Assembly (NCBI GenBank): GCA_035498715.1
Contig: DATJZV010000158.1
Coordinates: forward strand, 34,239 to 98,238
Direction of reading: 5' to 3'
DNA length: 64,000 nucleotides
Source: Nitrospirota bacterium
GTDB taxonomy: Bacteria; Nitrospirota; UBA9217
The translations under genes were made by a program, and so were the position numbers. Every line of letters starts with the position of its first letter. The stretch's first letter is position 1. Of this stretch, positions 17,920 through 28,346 are shown in pieces. The notes under the pieces were generated by a model. It had not been told where the DNA came from, made no database searches, and worked only from the letters and a program-made list of their open reading frames with translations.

Positions 17920-19149
17920 ATGAAATATATAATATTACTCGGTGATGGAATGGCCGACAGGCCGCATGCAGAGCTCGGGGGCAAGACCTGCCTGCAGGCG
18001 GCGAAAACTCCAAACCTTGACCGGCTTGCTACCCTCGGAACGGTGGGGATGGTGCATACAATTCCTGAGGGGTTTCCGCCTGGCAGTGACGTAGCCAACC
18101 TTACGGTGATGGGGTATGACCCGAGGAAATACTATACGGGCCGTTCCCCGCTCGAGGCTGCGAGCATCGGCGTTAAACTGGAGCCGGATGACGTTGCCTT
18201 TCGCTGCAATCTGGTGACGCTTCGTATCATCGGTGGAAAATCCTCAGCATCGGGCGCTGTGCGGCGTGCGATCATGGAAGATTTCAGCGCGGGCCATATC
18301 CCCACGCAGGAGGCCCGTCTGCTCATCGAGGAGATTAACAGTAAGCTCGGTAGCGACCGTATCCGTTTCTACCCCGGCGTGAGCTACCGCCACCTTATGG
18401 TTTGGAAAGGCGGCAAGGACAAGATTGATTGCACGCCGCCGCACGATATCCAGGACAAGGATATTCAGGACTACCTCCCGCGCGGAGAAGGAGATGAAGT
18501 TCTAAATGCCCTTATGGAATCGTCAACAGACCTGCTCCTGCACCATCCTGTTAATAAAGCCAGGGTCGAGAATGGCAAGCGCCCGGCGAACAGTATCTGG
18601 CTATGGGGGCAGGGGAAGAGGCCGAGCATGCCTACCTTCAGAGAAAAATACGGCCTCGAAGGGGCGATGATCTCCGCTGTGGACCTAACTAAAGGCATCG
18701 GCATCTATGCGGGGTTCGAGGTGATCAACGTACCGGGAGCCACAGGCTGGATCGATACCAACTACGTTGGCAAGGCAGAGCATGCGCTCTGGGCGCTCAA
18801 GACAAAGGACGTTGTCTATGTTCATGTGGAAGCGCCGGATGAAGCTGGCCATACCGGCGATCTTAAAAACAAGCTCAAGGCCATCGAAGACTTTGATGAA
18901 TACGTTGTAGGCAACATCATTCACGGGATGAAACAGTTCGATGAATATCGTATCCTGGCGCTCCCGGACCATCCGACGCCGCTCGAGATCAGGACGCACA
19001 CGAACGAACCCGTACCCTTTGTCATTTACGACAACAGGTCGGAACGCAAAGGCGGGCCTGTGGCCTACGATGAGCGAATCGCGGAGCGTAAAGATGCTTT
19101 GGTGTTCAAGGAAGGGCATGCGCTGATGGATTATTTCCTGAAGAAATAG
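17920..19149 (+). CDS. cofactor-independent phosphoglycerate mutase, archaeal-type (ApgM family); in this context a predicted functional analog of homoserine kinase
   Basis: About 409 aa. Metalloenzyme-superfamily motifs (LLGDGMADRP, HVEAPDEAGH). It sits between the sulfur-carrier module and lysC. The start is uncertain (ATG at 17920 or 17878). Confidence 0.8.
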   Translation: MKYIILLGDGMADRPHAELGGKTCLQAAKTPNLDRLATLGTVGMVHTIPEGFPPGSDVANLTVMGYDPRKYYTGRSPLEAASIGVKLEPDDVAFRCNLVTLRIIGGKSSASGAVRRAIMEDFSAGHIPTQEARLLIEEINSKLGSDRIRFYPGVSYRHLMVWKGGKDKIDCTPPHDIQDKDIQDYLPRGEGDEVLNALMESSTDLLLHHPVNKARVENGKRPANSIWLWGQGKRPSMPTFREKYGLEGAMISAVDLTKGIGIYAGFEVINVPGATGWIDTNYVGKAEHALWALKTKDVVYVHVEAPDEAGHTGDLKNKLKAIEDFDEYVVGNIIHGMKQFDEYRILALPDHPTPLEIRTHTNEPVPFVIYDNRSERKGGPVAYDERIAERKDALVFKEGHALMDYFLKK

Positions 19150-19296
19150 CGTGAAATTCTTGCACACCAATGGCATGAAGGGACGTATGACACGAACTAA
19201 AAAGAAGGACAAAGCCCACTCGTGTCATTCGGAATGGTCGAGTAACTCGTCTGAATCAGCTTTTCTGTTTTCAAGAACTGTAATGGAGGGAAGAGG

Positions 19297-20514
19297 GTGC
19301 TCATAGTACAGAAATACGGCGGTACCTCCGTCGGGAACCCTGAACGGATCAAGAATGTGGCGCAGCGCGTCTGCCGCACAAAAGAGGAAGGCCACGATGT
19401 CGTAGTGGTCGTCTCGGCCATGAGCGGCGAGACGGACAAACTCATCAACCTTGCTTCGATGGTGACCGAGAACCCGGATCCGCGAGAGATGGACATGCTC
19501 GTGTCAACAGGCGAGCGAGTGACGATTGCGCTCCTTGCCATGGCGATCCATTCGCTTGGGCACAAGGCGCAGTCGTTCACCGGGCGGCAGGCGGGGATCA
19601 TTTCGGACAGCGTCCATACGAAGGCGCGGATCGAGAAGATCACGGGCGATCGGCTCAGGCAGGCGATCAAGGAAGGCAAGATCGCGGTGGTTGCGGGCTT
19701 CCAGGGCATCAATGACCAGTCCGACGTAACGACGCTCGGCCGCGGCGGTTCTGATCTCACGGCCGTGGCTGTTGCTGCGGCGCTCAAGGCTGATTTTTGC
19801 GATATCTACACGGATGTGGATGGTGTGTATACTACGGACCCGAACATGGTGCCGCAAGCCAGAAAACTTGACAAGATATCCTATGATGAAATGCTCGAGA
19901 TGGCGAGCCTTGGGGCCAAGGTGCTTCAGACCCGCTCTGTCGAGTTCGCAAAAAAATACAATGTTCCGGTGAGAGTGCTCTCGAGCTTCAATGATAACCC
20001 CGGGACCCTCGTGACCAGGGAGGATTCTGATATGGAGAAAGTGGTGGTGTCCGGCGTGGCATACGATAAGAACCAGGTAAAGGTGACGGTCACGGGCGTA
20101 CCGGACAAACCGGGTGTGGCGGGCAGGATATTCAATGAGATCGCCGACAACAATATCATTGTTGACATGATCATCCAGAATATCGGCGAAGGCGGACTTA
20201 CAGACATGTCCTTTACCGTGCCCAAGACCGACTCACGGAAGATCATGGAGGTCATGAAGAAGGTCGTGGCCGAGATTGACGCCAAGGGCGTAAATCTCAA
20301 AGAAGATATCGCCAAAGTGTCGATCATCGGGGTGGGCATGCGCTCGCACTCTGGCGTTGCCGCTAAGATGTTCTCTTCTCTGGCAAAAGAAGGGATCAAT
20401 ATCATGATGATCAGCACGTCAGAGATCAAGATCTCCTGTGTGATTGATGCCAAGTACACGGAGCTCGCCGTCAGAGTGCTCCACGAGACATTTGAGATGG
20501 ACAAGGCAGCGTAG
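19297..20514 (+). CDS. lysC: aspartate kinase with tandem C-terminal ACT domains
   Basis: GTG start with a GGAGGGAAGAGG RBS. Motif KYGGTSV and the amino-acid kinase fold. Two ACT domains at the C-terminus. Confidence 0.9.
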   Translation: MLIVQKYGGTSVGNPERIKNVAQRVCRTKEEGHDVVVVVSAMSGETDKLINLASMVTENPDPREMDMLVSTGERVTIALLAMAIHSLGHKAQSFTGRQAGIISDSVHTKARIEKITGDRLRQAIKEGKIAVVAGFQGINDQSDVTTLGRGGSDLTAVAVAAALKADFCDIYTDVDGVYTTDPNMVPQARKLDKISYDEMLEMASLGAKVLQTRSVEFAKKYNVPVRVLSSFNDNPGTLVTREDSDMEKVVVSGVAYDKNQVKVTVTGVPDKPGVAGRIFNEIADNNIIVDMIIQNIGEGGLTDMSFTVPKTDSRKIMEVMKKVVAEIDAKGVNLKEDIAKVSIIGVGMRSHSGVAAKMFSSLAKEGINIMMISTSEIKISCVIDAKYTELAVRVLHETFEMDKAA

Positions 20515-20577
20515 GAAGGGCAGCGATCAAAGGGCAGAGCACTGTTCTCTGTGTACTCTGTACCATGCGACATAAAA

Positions 20578-22170
20578 ATGAAGACTACTGTTCATTTATA
20601 CGACACCACGCTCCGCGACGGCGCACAGGCTGAGGACGTGAACTTCTCGGTAGAGGATATGGTGCGCGTGGCCAAAAAGCTCGACCAGTTCGGGGTGCGC
20701 TATATCGAAGGCGGCTGGCCCGGCTCCAACCCCCGTGACGTTGAGTTCTTCAAAGAAATGCGTCGCGTCAAGCTGAGAAAAGCCAGGCTTGTTGCCTTCG
20801 GCGCCACGCGGCGGGCAAATCTTAAGGCTTCGGAAGACCCGAGTCTCAAGGCACTTGTTGACTCGGGAGCGTCTACGGCGACCATCTATGGAAAAAGCTG
20901 GGACCTCCATGTCCTCAAGGCTCTCAAAACCACCCTTGAGGAAAACCTTCGGATTATCAGCGATTCCGTGGCGTTCCTCAAAAAACATATGGATGACGTG
21001 TTCTACGACGCGGAGCACTTCTTCGATGGATACAAGGCTAATGCCGAATATGCCATTCAGACGCTGCTCGCTGCCGAGTCCGCGGGGGCTGACTGCCTGG
21101 TACTGTGCGATACGAACGGCGGTACCCTGCCGAATGACCTGGAACGAATCGTCACAAACGTCAAGCGACGGATAAAAACGCCCTTTGGAATTCATGCACA
21201 TAACGACTCCGATCTTGCCGTGGCAAATTCTCTAGCCGCGATCAGAATGGGAGCACTGCAGGTGCATGGGACCATCAACGGATACGGCGAACGGTGCGGA
21301 AATGCAAATCTCTGCTCCATTATCCCAGCGCTCAAGTTAAAGATGGGAATCGACTGCATCTCCGACGCGAACCTCTCGAAACTGAGAGAAGTATCCCGGT
21401 ATGTGGATGAACTCGCGAATCTTCCGCACCGCAAGCGGCAGCCCTATATCGGAGACAGCGCCTTCGCGCACAAGGCCGGCGTGCACGTCGATGCGGTGAC
21501 GAAGAACCCCCTCACGTACGAGCATATTATACCGGAACTGGTCGGCAACAAACGGCGCATCCTTGTCTCGGATCTTGCTGGGAAAAGTAATATTCTTCAG
21601 AAGGCAGGCGAACTTAATATCCCGCTCTCCAAGAATAGCCCAGAACTTATCACGATCCTCAAGAAAGTCAAGCAGCTGGAAAACGAAGGGTATGAGTTCG
21701 AGGGTGCCGAGGGCTCGCTTGAACTGCTCATGCTGCGCGCTGGGCATAATTATGAGTCGGTCTTCAATATGTTCGATCGCATTGATTATCGTATCTTGAC
21801 CGAAAAGCGGAAGGTTGACCCTCATCCGGTGAGCGAGGCTACGGTCACGGTAGAGGTCGGAGGGAACATCGAGCATACTGCCGCTTGGGGAAATGGTCCC
21901 ATCAATGCTTTGGACAAGGCGCTCCGCAAGGTGCTGCCGAAATATTTCCCCGGCAGGGGGCTGGAGAACGTGCGGTTGATAGACTACAAGGTGCGGGTGC
22001 TGACCGCGGCCGAAGGCACGGCTGCGCGAGTGCGGGTGCTGATTGAGTCAGGAGACGGCACGAATAAATGGGGTACGGTCGGAGTGTCCGAAAACGTGAT
22101 TGAAGCGAGCTGGCAGGCTCTCGTAGACAGCATCGAATACAAGCTTCTGCGGACGGCGAAGAAGAAATAG
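20578..22170 (+). CDS. cimA: (R)-citramalate synthase / 2-isopropylmalate synthase family, LeuA type 2 (CimA-like)
   Basis: About 530 aa. N-terminal DRE-TIM motif (LYDTTLRDGAQAED) and C-terminal LeuA dimerisation/regulatory domain. Length and N-terminus match type-2 LeuA/CimA. Confidence 0.8.
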   Translation: MKTTVHLYDTTLRDGAQAEDVNFSVEDMVRVAKKLDQFGVRYIEGGWPGSNPRDVEFFKEMRRVKLRKARLVAFGATRRANLKASEDPSLKALVDSGASTATIYGKSWDLHVLKALKTTLEENLRIISDSVAFLKKHMDDVFYDAEHFFDGYKANAEYAIQTLLAAESAGADCLVLCDTNGGTLPNDLERIVTNVKRRIKTPFGIHAHNDSDLAVANSLAAIRMGALQVHGTINGYGERCGNANLCSIIPALKLKMGIDCISDANLSKLREVSRYVDELANLPHRKRQPYIGDSAFAHKAGVHVDAVTKNPLTYEHIIPELVGNKRRILVSDLAGKSNILQKAGELNIPLSKNSPELITILKKVKQLENEGYEFEGAEGSLELLMLRAGHNYESVFNMFDRIDYRILTEKRKVDPHPVSEATVTVEVGGNIEHTAAWGNGPINALDKALRKVLPKYFPGRGLENVRLIDYKVRVLTAAEGTAARVRVLIESGDGTNKWGTVGVSENVIEASWQALVDSIEYKLLRTAKKK

Positions 22171-22263
22171 AGGACAGATCGAATCACCAAGTCACGGTGA
22201 CACCGTGGATACTGAGAAAAGCCTTTGGCTTGTGTCCCATGGTGGTGGGATCGAGGGTTAAAT

Positions 22264-22692
22264 ATGATCGAAGAAGAGGGCATTGTAGCAGAGACGGAAG
22301 GGGGTGTCGCCAGGGTAGCGCTTTTGAAAAAGAGCGCCTGCGAGCAGTGTGCCGCTGCAGGGGTATGCCATCCTGGTGACCAGTCATTCATGGAGGCTGC
22401 CAATCCTCTTGGTGCGGTCAAAGGACAGAAGGTGAAAGTGGTTGTAGCTCCACAGCTCTATCTGAAAGCATCGATCATTCTGTATGGCATTCCCATGGCG
22501 GCGTTTATCGGCGGTGCCATTCTTGCCAAGAACTTGGCGGTGCTTTATGGAGCAGAAGCGAAATCAGACCTCTGGGCCTTTATCGCGGGCGCCGGGTGTC
22601 TCGTGATCTCTTTTGTCTTTATCTGGATGTACAATAAAAAGGTAGAAAAAACTCAAAAGTACAAGCCCGTCATCGTCGAGATCCTTTCCTGA
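22264..22692 (+). CDS. RseC/MucC-like (SoxR-reducing system) membrane protein
   Basis: N-terminal soluble part with the cysteine cluster CEQCAAAGVC, followed by two transmembrane helices. Architecture of the RseC family. Confidence 0.65.
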   Translation: MIEEEGIVAETEGGVARVALLKKSACEQCAAAGVCHPGDQSFMEAANPLGAVKGQKVKVVVAPQLYLKASIILYGIPMAAFIGGAILAKNLAVLYGAEAKSDLWAFIAGAGCLVISFVFIWMYNKKVEKTQKYKPVIVEILS

Positions 22693-22726
22693 TGAATGAC
22701 GGAATTTCTTGTGATGGGGCTCCGTT

Positions 22727-22993
22727 ATGAGATTGATAAAAAATCCTGATGAAGCAAAAAGGCTCGCGCGAACCATTCTCTCGGACATTCTTCTGTACAA
22801 CCAGGCGAAGGTAAAGGAGGGAATCGAGCAGGACAGCCTCTTCGATATTTTGACGGAAGAACTCGCAGAAGGGAAGAAGTATTACGAAAGCATGGTGGAC
22901 GCGGATGTCCGCCAGTCGTCCAACTTCTTTAGTGAAGCCGTGGTCGACGTATTGCTCAAGCAGGCCGGGAAAATAAAGTCCGAGATCTGGTAG
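22727..22993 (+). CDS. hypothetical small helical protein (88 aa)
   Basis: ORF with good coding character (charged/helical). No recognisable motif. Confidence 0.4.
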   Translation: MRLIKNPDEAKRLARTILSDILLYNQAKVKEGIEQDSLFDILTEELAEGKKYYESMVDADVRQSSNFFSEAVVDVLLKQAGKIKSEIW

Positions 22994-23033
22994 TTCATAA
23001 GATAAACAAATTTATCCTCAAAAGGAGCGTCTT

Positions 23034-25151
23034 ATGAAAAATGCTGATGTCAGGGAAATCCGCAACATTGCTATCCTGTCACACGGTGCCGCGGGCAAGA
23101 CATCGCTCGCCGACGCCATGCTTTTCGTTGGAGGCGCGGTAGACGTCCTGGGAAGCGTGGACGACAATACATCGGTCTTCATGCACGAGGCCGAGGAGAT
23201 CGCCCGAAAGATCTCGATCACCGCGGCGCTCGGATTCGTGGACTGGAAGGGTGTGCGGATCAACATCATCGACACCCCCGGTTACATCAACTTCCTTGAA
23301 GAAACGAAGGGAACCCTTCGAGCTGTTGACGGCGCCATCGTCATCGTATCCGCCCTATCCGGTGTCAAGGCCGAGACCGAAAAGATCTACAAGTTCGCCT
23401 GCGACTACGAGATACCGCGTATCGCCTTCGTGAGCAAGCTTGACAAGGAGCGTGCCGATTTTTTTCGTGCCGTGGGCGACATGGAAAAGTACTTCTGCAA
23501 AGGTGCTCTTATCCTTCAGCTTCCTATCGGGCTTGAAGAAAGCTTTTCGGGTGTTATCGATCTCATCAAGATGAAAGCCCTCTATTTCGCCAAGGACAAT
23601 AGCGGCAAGGTTGAGGAAAAAGAGATCCCCGACAACATGAAGCAGGATGCCGCCAGTTACCGTAAGAAGCTTGTCGAACAGATTGCGGAGACCGAGGACA
23701 GTCTGCTGGAAAGGTATCTGGATAAAGGCGATCTCTCACAGGAAGATCTCATAGCGGGACTCAAGCATGGAACGCTCGGCGGCGGACTCTTGCCGGTTCT
23801 GTGCGGCTCACCGGTCAAAAATATGGGGATCCAGCAACTCATGGATGCCGTGATCATGTGCCTCCCATCACCGGTCGAGCGGGCAGGTATCGTGGCGATC
23901 AAGGGGAAAGATCCGAAGACCGACAAAGAGATCGTTCGGAAGCCGGCTCCCGAGGAACCGCTTGCCGCGCTCGTATTCAAGACCGTCATCGACCCCTTTG
24001 CCGGTAAACTCTCCTTGGTGCGGGTTTTCTCCGGAACGCTGAAGTCCGATTCTGCCGTCTATAACTCGACCAAGGAAATAAAGGAAAAAATCGGCTCCTT
24101 GTTCTACATCGAAGGCAAGAAGCAGGTCACAACGCAGGCACTTTCCGCAGGCCAGGTCGGCGCTGTGGCCAAGCTCAAGGAAACCCTCACCGGAGATACG
24201 CTGTGTTCAGAGACGCAGGCGATCGTTCTTGATTTTGCAAAGTTCATCGACCCCGTGCTGTCATTTGCCATAGAACCGAAGTCACGGGGTGATGAGGACA
24301 AGGTGAGCATCGGCATCCACAAACTGCTCGACGAAGACCCGACGCTTCGCTTCGCCTTTGATGATCAGACCAAGGAAATGATCTTGTCGGGCATGGGGCA
24401 GGTGCATATCGAGGTAACGCTCGAGAAGCTGAAGCGGAAATTCGGCGTCGACGTGAAGATGAAGACGCCGAAGGTCCCGTATAAAGAAACAATCAGAGCC
24501 AAGGCAAATGCCCAGGGCAAGTATAAGAAGCAGAGCGGAGGCCATGGGCAGTACGGGGATGCATGGATCGAGCTCGATCCCCTACCGCGCGGCAGCGGGT
24601 TCGAATTCGTGGACAAGATCGTTGGCGGCGTGATTCCGCGGCAGTACATCCCCGCTGTTGAAAAAGGGGTAATTGAGGCCATGCATGAAGGATCTCTTGC
24701 CGGATATCCCATGGTGGATCTCCGTGTCACACTCTATGATGGGTCCTATCACACCGTTGACTCCTCGGAAATGGCATTCAAGGTCGCTGCGTCCATGGGA
24801 TTCAAGAAGGCCGTTGAAGCTGCGAAGCCGGTGCTGCTCGAACCGATCATGAGCGTCGAAGTGGTTTCGCCGGACGATACGCTCGGGGCAGTGATAGGCG
24901 ACCTGAACTCGCGCCGCGGCAAGGTGCAGGGAGTGGTTCCCCAGGCGAATGGCCAGACGATCAAGGCCCTCGTCCCCATGTCCGAGATGCTCTCCTACGC
25001 GCCGACGCTCAACTCGCTCACGAGCGGTAGGGGCATGTACACCATGGAGTTCAACGGTTATGAGGACGTTCCGAGCCACCTGGCGCAAAAGATCATCCAG
25101 GAGCGCGCCGCACAACACGGGCAAGGCAACCAGAACCAGAAAGAAAAATAA
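23034..25151 (+). CDS. fusA: elongation factor G paralog (EF-G2-like translational GTPase)
   Basis: 705 aa. G1 (AILSHGAAGKTS), G3 (DTPGYINF) and G4 (SKLD) motifs, then EF-G domains II-V. Confidence 0.9.
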   Translation: MKNADVREIRNIAILSHGAAGKTSLADAMLFVGGAVDVLGSVDDNTSVFMHEAEEIARKISITAALGFVDWKGVRINIIDTPGYINFLEETKGTLRAVDGAIVIVSALSGVKAETEKIYKFACDYEIPRIAFVSKLDKERADFFRAVGDMEKYFCKGALILQLPIGLEESFSGVIDLIKMKALYFAKDNSGKVEEKEIPDNMKQDAASYRKKLVEQIAETEDSLLERYLDKGDLSQEDLIAGLKHGTLGGGLLPVLCGSPVKNMGIQQLMDAVIMCLPSPVERAGIVAIKGKDPKTDKEIVRKPAPEEPLAALVFKTVIDPFAGKLSLVRVFSGTLKSDSAVYNSTKEIKEKIGSLFYIEGKKQVTTQALSAGQVGAVAKLKETLTGDTLCSETQAIVLDFAKFIDPVLSFAIEPKSRGDEDKVSIGIHKLLDEDPTLRFAFDDQTKEMILSGMGQVHIEVTLEKLKRKFGVDVKMKTPKVPYKETIRAKANAQGKYKKQSGGHGQYGDAWIELDPLPRGSGFEFVDKIVGGVIPRQYIPAVEKGVIEAMHEGSLAGYPMVDLRVTLYDGSYHTVDSSEMAFKVAASMGFKKAVEAAKPVLLEPIMSVEVVSPDDTLGAVIGDLNSRRGKVQGVVPQANGQTIKALVPMSEMLSYAPTLNSLTSGRGMYTMEFNGYEDVPSHLAQKIIQERAAQHGQGNQNQKEK

Positions 25152-26408
25152 ATGTATAGAAAAGACACCCTTTCCAACGGGATGCGGGTCGTATCCGAAA
25201 CACTGCCAAAATCGCGGTCCGTATCCATCGGCGTGTGGGTGAAGGTGGGATCTCGCCATGAACCGCAGGAGATAGGCGGGATATCTCACTTCATCGAGCA
25301 CCTGTTCTTCAAGGGCACGGAGAAGCGGACCGCCAAAGATATTGCGATCGAAATGGACTCTCTCGGCGGCGAGATGAATGCATTCACCTCGCAGGAAACG
25401 ACCACCTATTATGCCAAGGTCGTGGACGAGCACCTGCCGGTGGCCGTCGATATCCTTTCGGACATCCTCCTTGGCTCCAAGTTCGACCCTATTGAAATGG
25501 AAAAGGAACGCAAGGTAATCCTTGAAGAGATCAAGGGGGTGGAGGACACGCCCGATGACTATATCCACGAGTTCTTCACGAGCACGGTCTGGCCAGACAA
25601 TCCGTTAGGCCGCCCCATCCTCGGGACAAAAGAGACCATTAGAGCGCTCAAACACCAGGATATCATTTCCTACATCGACCATTATTACAGCCCTAAGGAG
25701 ATCGTGATATCCGTTGCCGGCAATTTCGAACACGCCCGACTGATTGAACTGCTGGATACGAGCTTCGGAAGGCTCTCGCGGGCAGGCGTTCCCAAGAAAG
25801 AGGTGACTCCCGAATTCAGCCATGCCGTGGCGGTGAGGAAGAAACAGCTCGAGCAGGTGCAGGTCTGTATCGGGTGCAGGGGAATGAATTACATGCATGA
25901 AGACCGCTACGTGATCTCGGCGCTCAACACCGTGCTCGGGAACAGCATGAGCTCGCGACTGTTTCAGGAGGTGCGCGAACAGAACGCCCTCGCTTATTCC
26001 ATCTATTCCTATGTGACCTCGTACCGCGATACGGGGCTGCTCACGGTGTATGCCGGAACCGACCCGACGAACACGCTCGAGGTGCTGCGGCTCGTGACCA
26101 GAGAGCTCAAAAAGATCAAGGACGAGGGAATAACGCAGGCGGAAGAGATGCGGGTAAAGAACCAGATCAAGGGGAACCTTGTCCTTTCCCTCGAGAGCAG
26201 CAACAGCCACATGAGCAGGCTGGCAAGACAAGAGATCTATTTCGGAAAATACATCTCGATCGATGATATCATTAGGGGCGTAGAAAAAGTGACCTCGGAG
26301 GAAGTCCAGCGGCTTGCCCAGCAACTTTTCACACGGGACAATATCTCCCTCGCGATCCTCGGTCCCCTGAGCAGGGCTGATGTGCCGGATTCGGTTTTGG
26401 AGATATGA
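25152..26408 (+). CDS. M16 family zinc metallopeptidase (pitrilysin-like, cytoplasmic; inverted zincin HxxEH)
   Basis: 418 aa with the HFIEHLFFKGT motif. No signal peptide. Confidence 0.85.
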   Translation: MYRKDTLSNGMRVVSETLPKSRSVSIGVWVKVGSRHEPQEIGGISHFIEHLFFKGTEKRTAKDIAIEMDSLGGEMNAFTSQETTTYYAKVVDEHLPVAVDILSDILLGSKFDPIEMEKERKVILEEIKGVEDTPDDYIHEFFTSTVWPDNPLGRPILGTKETIRALKHQDIISYIDHYYSPKEIVISVAGNFEHARLIELLDTSFGRLSRAGVPKKEVTPEFSHAVAVRKKQLEQVQVCIGCRGMNYMHEDRYVISALNTVLGNSMSSRLFQEVREQNALAYSIYSYVTSYRDTGLLTVYAGTDPTNTLEVLRLVTRELKKIKDEGITQAEEMRVKNQIKGNLVLSLESSNSHMSRLARQEIYFGKYISIDDIIRGVEKVTSEEVQRLAQQLFTRDNISLAILGPLSRADVPDSVLEI

Positions 26409-26491
26409 TAGTCAAAAGGCAGCGCGCATGGAGTTATTGAGCGCGGTGATGACAAGACAATGCCCTATGCTCCTGCTTTCGTCAGGAAAAT

Positions 26492-26947
26492 ATGCCCAGC
26501 CATCTCGTTGTACACATAACACAGCTCAAAAATTCCGAAGGACTCCCCATCCCGCACTACCAGACAGAGCACTCTGCAGGTATTGACCTGTATGCAGCTG
26601 TTGTCGGCGAGACGGTCATCGAGGCAGGAATGTGGAAACTGGTCCCGACAGGTATCGCGATTGCTATTCCCGAAGGATATGAAGGACAGGTCCGGCCCCG
26701 AAGCGGTCTCGCGCTCAAGCACGGCATAGGCATGCTGAATGGGCCCGGCACCATCGACGCCGATTACCGTGGAGAGATCGGTGTCATCCTTTTCAATTTC
26801 AGCGCTAAGCCGTTTTCCATTCATCGCGGCGATCGCATTGCCCAGATTGTTTTCGCAAAGATAGAGAAGGCGAAGCTCGTGCGGGTGGATGTGCTTTCCG
26901 AGACCGCGAGGGGTAAGGGAGGGTTCGGACACACGGGAGAGAGATAA
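26492..26947 (+). CDS. dut: dUTP diphosphatase
   Basis: About 150 aa with dUTPase motifs (SAGIDLYA, RSGLALKHGI, GTIDADYRGEIGVILFN, RIAQIV). C-terminal glycine-rich motif V present. Confidence 0.85.
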   Translation: MPSHLVVHITQLKNSEGLPIPHYQTEHSAGIDLYAAVVGETVIEAGMWKLVPTGIAIAIPEGYEGQVRPRSGLALKHGIGMLNGPGTIDADYRGEIGVILFNFSAKPFSIHRGDRIAQIVFAKIEKAKLVRVDVLSETARGKGGFGHTGER

Positions 26948-26982
26948 GGCAAATTCAAAGTCCAAAAGTAAAGGTTGGTGAA

Positions 26983-28308
26983 TTGATCATGGAATATGTA
27001 AAATCAGTCATACTGCTTTTCCTGTATACGGTATTCGTTGTAACGCCTGCCCTGGGGCAGGACATGAAAGTTACCGAAAAGGTTCTTCCGAACGGACTCA
27101 AGGTGCTGCTCAAGGAAGAGCATAAGGCGCCGGTAATCACGTTCCAGATCTGGTACAAGGTCGGTTCACGGAACGAAAAGCTCGGGACGACCGGCATGTC
27201 GCACCTGCTTGAGCACATGATGTTCAAGGGAACAAAAAAGTACGGGCCCAAGACCTTTTCCCAAACCGTGATGCGGAACGGAGGAAATGACAACGCATTC
27301 ACCGGCAAGGACTATACCGCCTATTTCGAGAACTTTGCAGCAGATCGTATCGGTATCTCGCTCGATCTCGAGTCAGATCGCATGCAGAACCTGCTCATCG
27401 ATCCCAAGGAGTTCCTGTCCGAACGAGAGGTGGTTAAGGAAGAGCGCCGCATGAGGACGGATGACGACCCGACATCGACTATGGTGGAAGAGATGACGGC
27501 AGCCGCGTTCATCGCCCATCCCTATGAGTGGCCGGTGATCGGCTGGATGGCGGACATCAATAACATTACCCGCGACGACCTCTATAATCACTATCATACG
27601 TACTACGCACCGAACAATGCAACCATCGTTATGGTCGGTGATTTTGATACGAAGGCGATTCTCCCTCAAATAGAAAAGTATTTCGGTTCCATTCCGCGCG
27701 GACCAGATGTACCCAGGGTCGCTGCGGTCGAGCCCAGACAACTGGGTGAACGCAGGATTATTGTTAAGAAGCAGGCAGAGCTTCCGGCTGTTTTTGCCGG
27801 TTACCATACGCCTGATCTTAAGGACAAGGACTCCTATGCCCTTGAGGCCCTGCAGGGCATCCTCTCATCAGGCAAGAGTTCCCGCTTGTACAAGTCGCTC
27901 GTATACGAAAAACAGCTCGCGCTCTACGCCGGAGGTGATTACGACAACATTGCAAACGACCCGAATCTGTTCTACGTCTATGCCGGCGTGATGCCTGGAA
28001 AGACCACAGAGGAGGTGGAGAAAGCGCTCTATGCCGAGATCGAAAAGCTCAAGACAACGCCGGTTACCGACGAAGAGCTCCAGAAGGCAAAGAACCAGAT
28101 TGAAGCTGGCTTCATCATGGGGCAGGATTCGGTATTCTACCAGGCAATGCTTCTCGGTCAGTATGAGACCGTCGCGAACTGGAAGCTTCTCGAGAAATAC
28201 CTGGAGAATATCCGCGCGGTCACCAAGGAAGATATTCAGCGCGTGGCAAAAGAATATTTCTCAGAGGACAATAGGACGGTAGGGATACTGGTGCCAACAA
28301 AGAATTAA
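26983..28308 (+). CDS. secreted M16 peptidase, active subunit (HxxEH present)
   Basis: Signal peptide plus the HLLEHMMFKGT zinc-binding motif. 441 aa. Confidence 0.85.
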   Translation: MIMEYVKSVILLFLYTVFVVTPALGQDMKVTEKVLPNGLKVLLKEEHKAPVITFQIWYKVGSRNEKLGTTGMSHLLEHMMFKGTKKYGPKTFSQTVMRNGGNDNAFTGKDYTAYFENFAADRIGISLDLESDRMQNLLIDPKEFLSEREVVKEERRMRTDDDPTSTMVEEMTAAAFIAHPYEWPVIGWMADINNITRDDLYNHYHTYYAPNNATIVMVGDFDTKAILPQIEKYFGSIPRGPDVPRVAAVEPRQLGERRIIVKKQAELPAVFAGYHTPDLKDKDSYALEALQGILSSGKSSRLYKSLVYEKQLALYAGGDYDNIANDPNLFYVYAGVMPGKTTEEVEKALYAEIEKLKTTPVTDEELQKAKNQIEAGFIMGQDSVFYQAMLLGQYETVANWKLLEKYLENIRAVTKEDIQRVAKEYFSEDNRTVGILVPTKN

Positions 28309-28346
28309 CGATTGCAAATTTAACAATGAGAACGCGAGGCGAAAAA

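Noticed and set aside
19150-19296. Possible lysine riboswitch in the leader of lysC
   Set aside because: The leader is only about 150 nt. Apart from one hairpin (TGACACGA...TCGTGTCA) I could not find the conserved lysine-box elements. Not supported from sequence alone.
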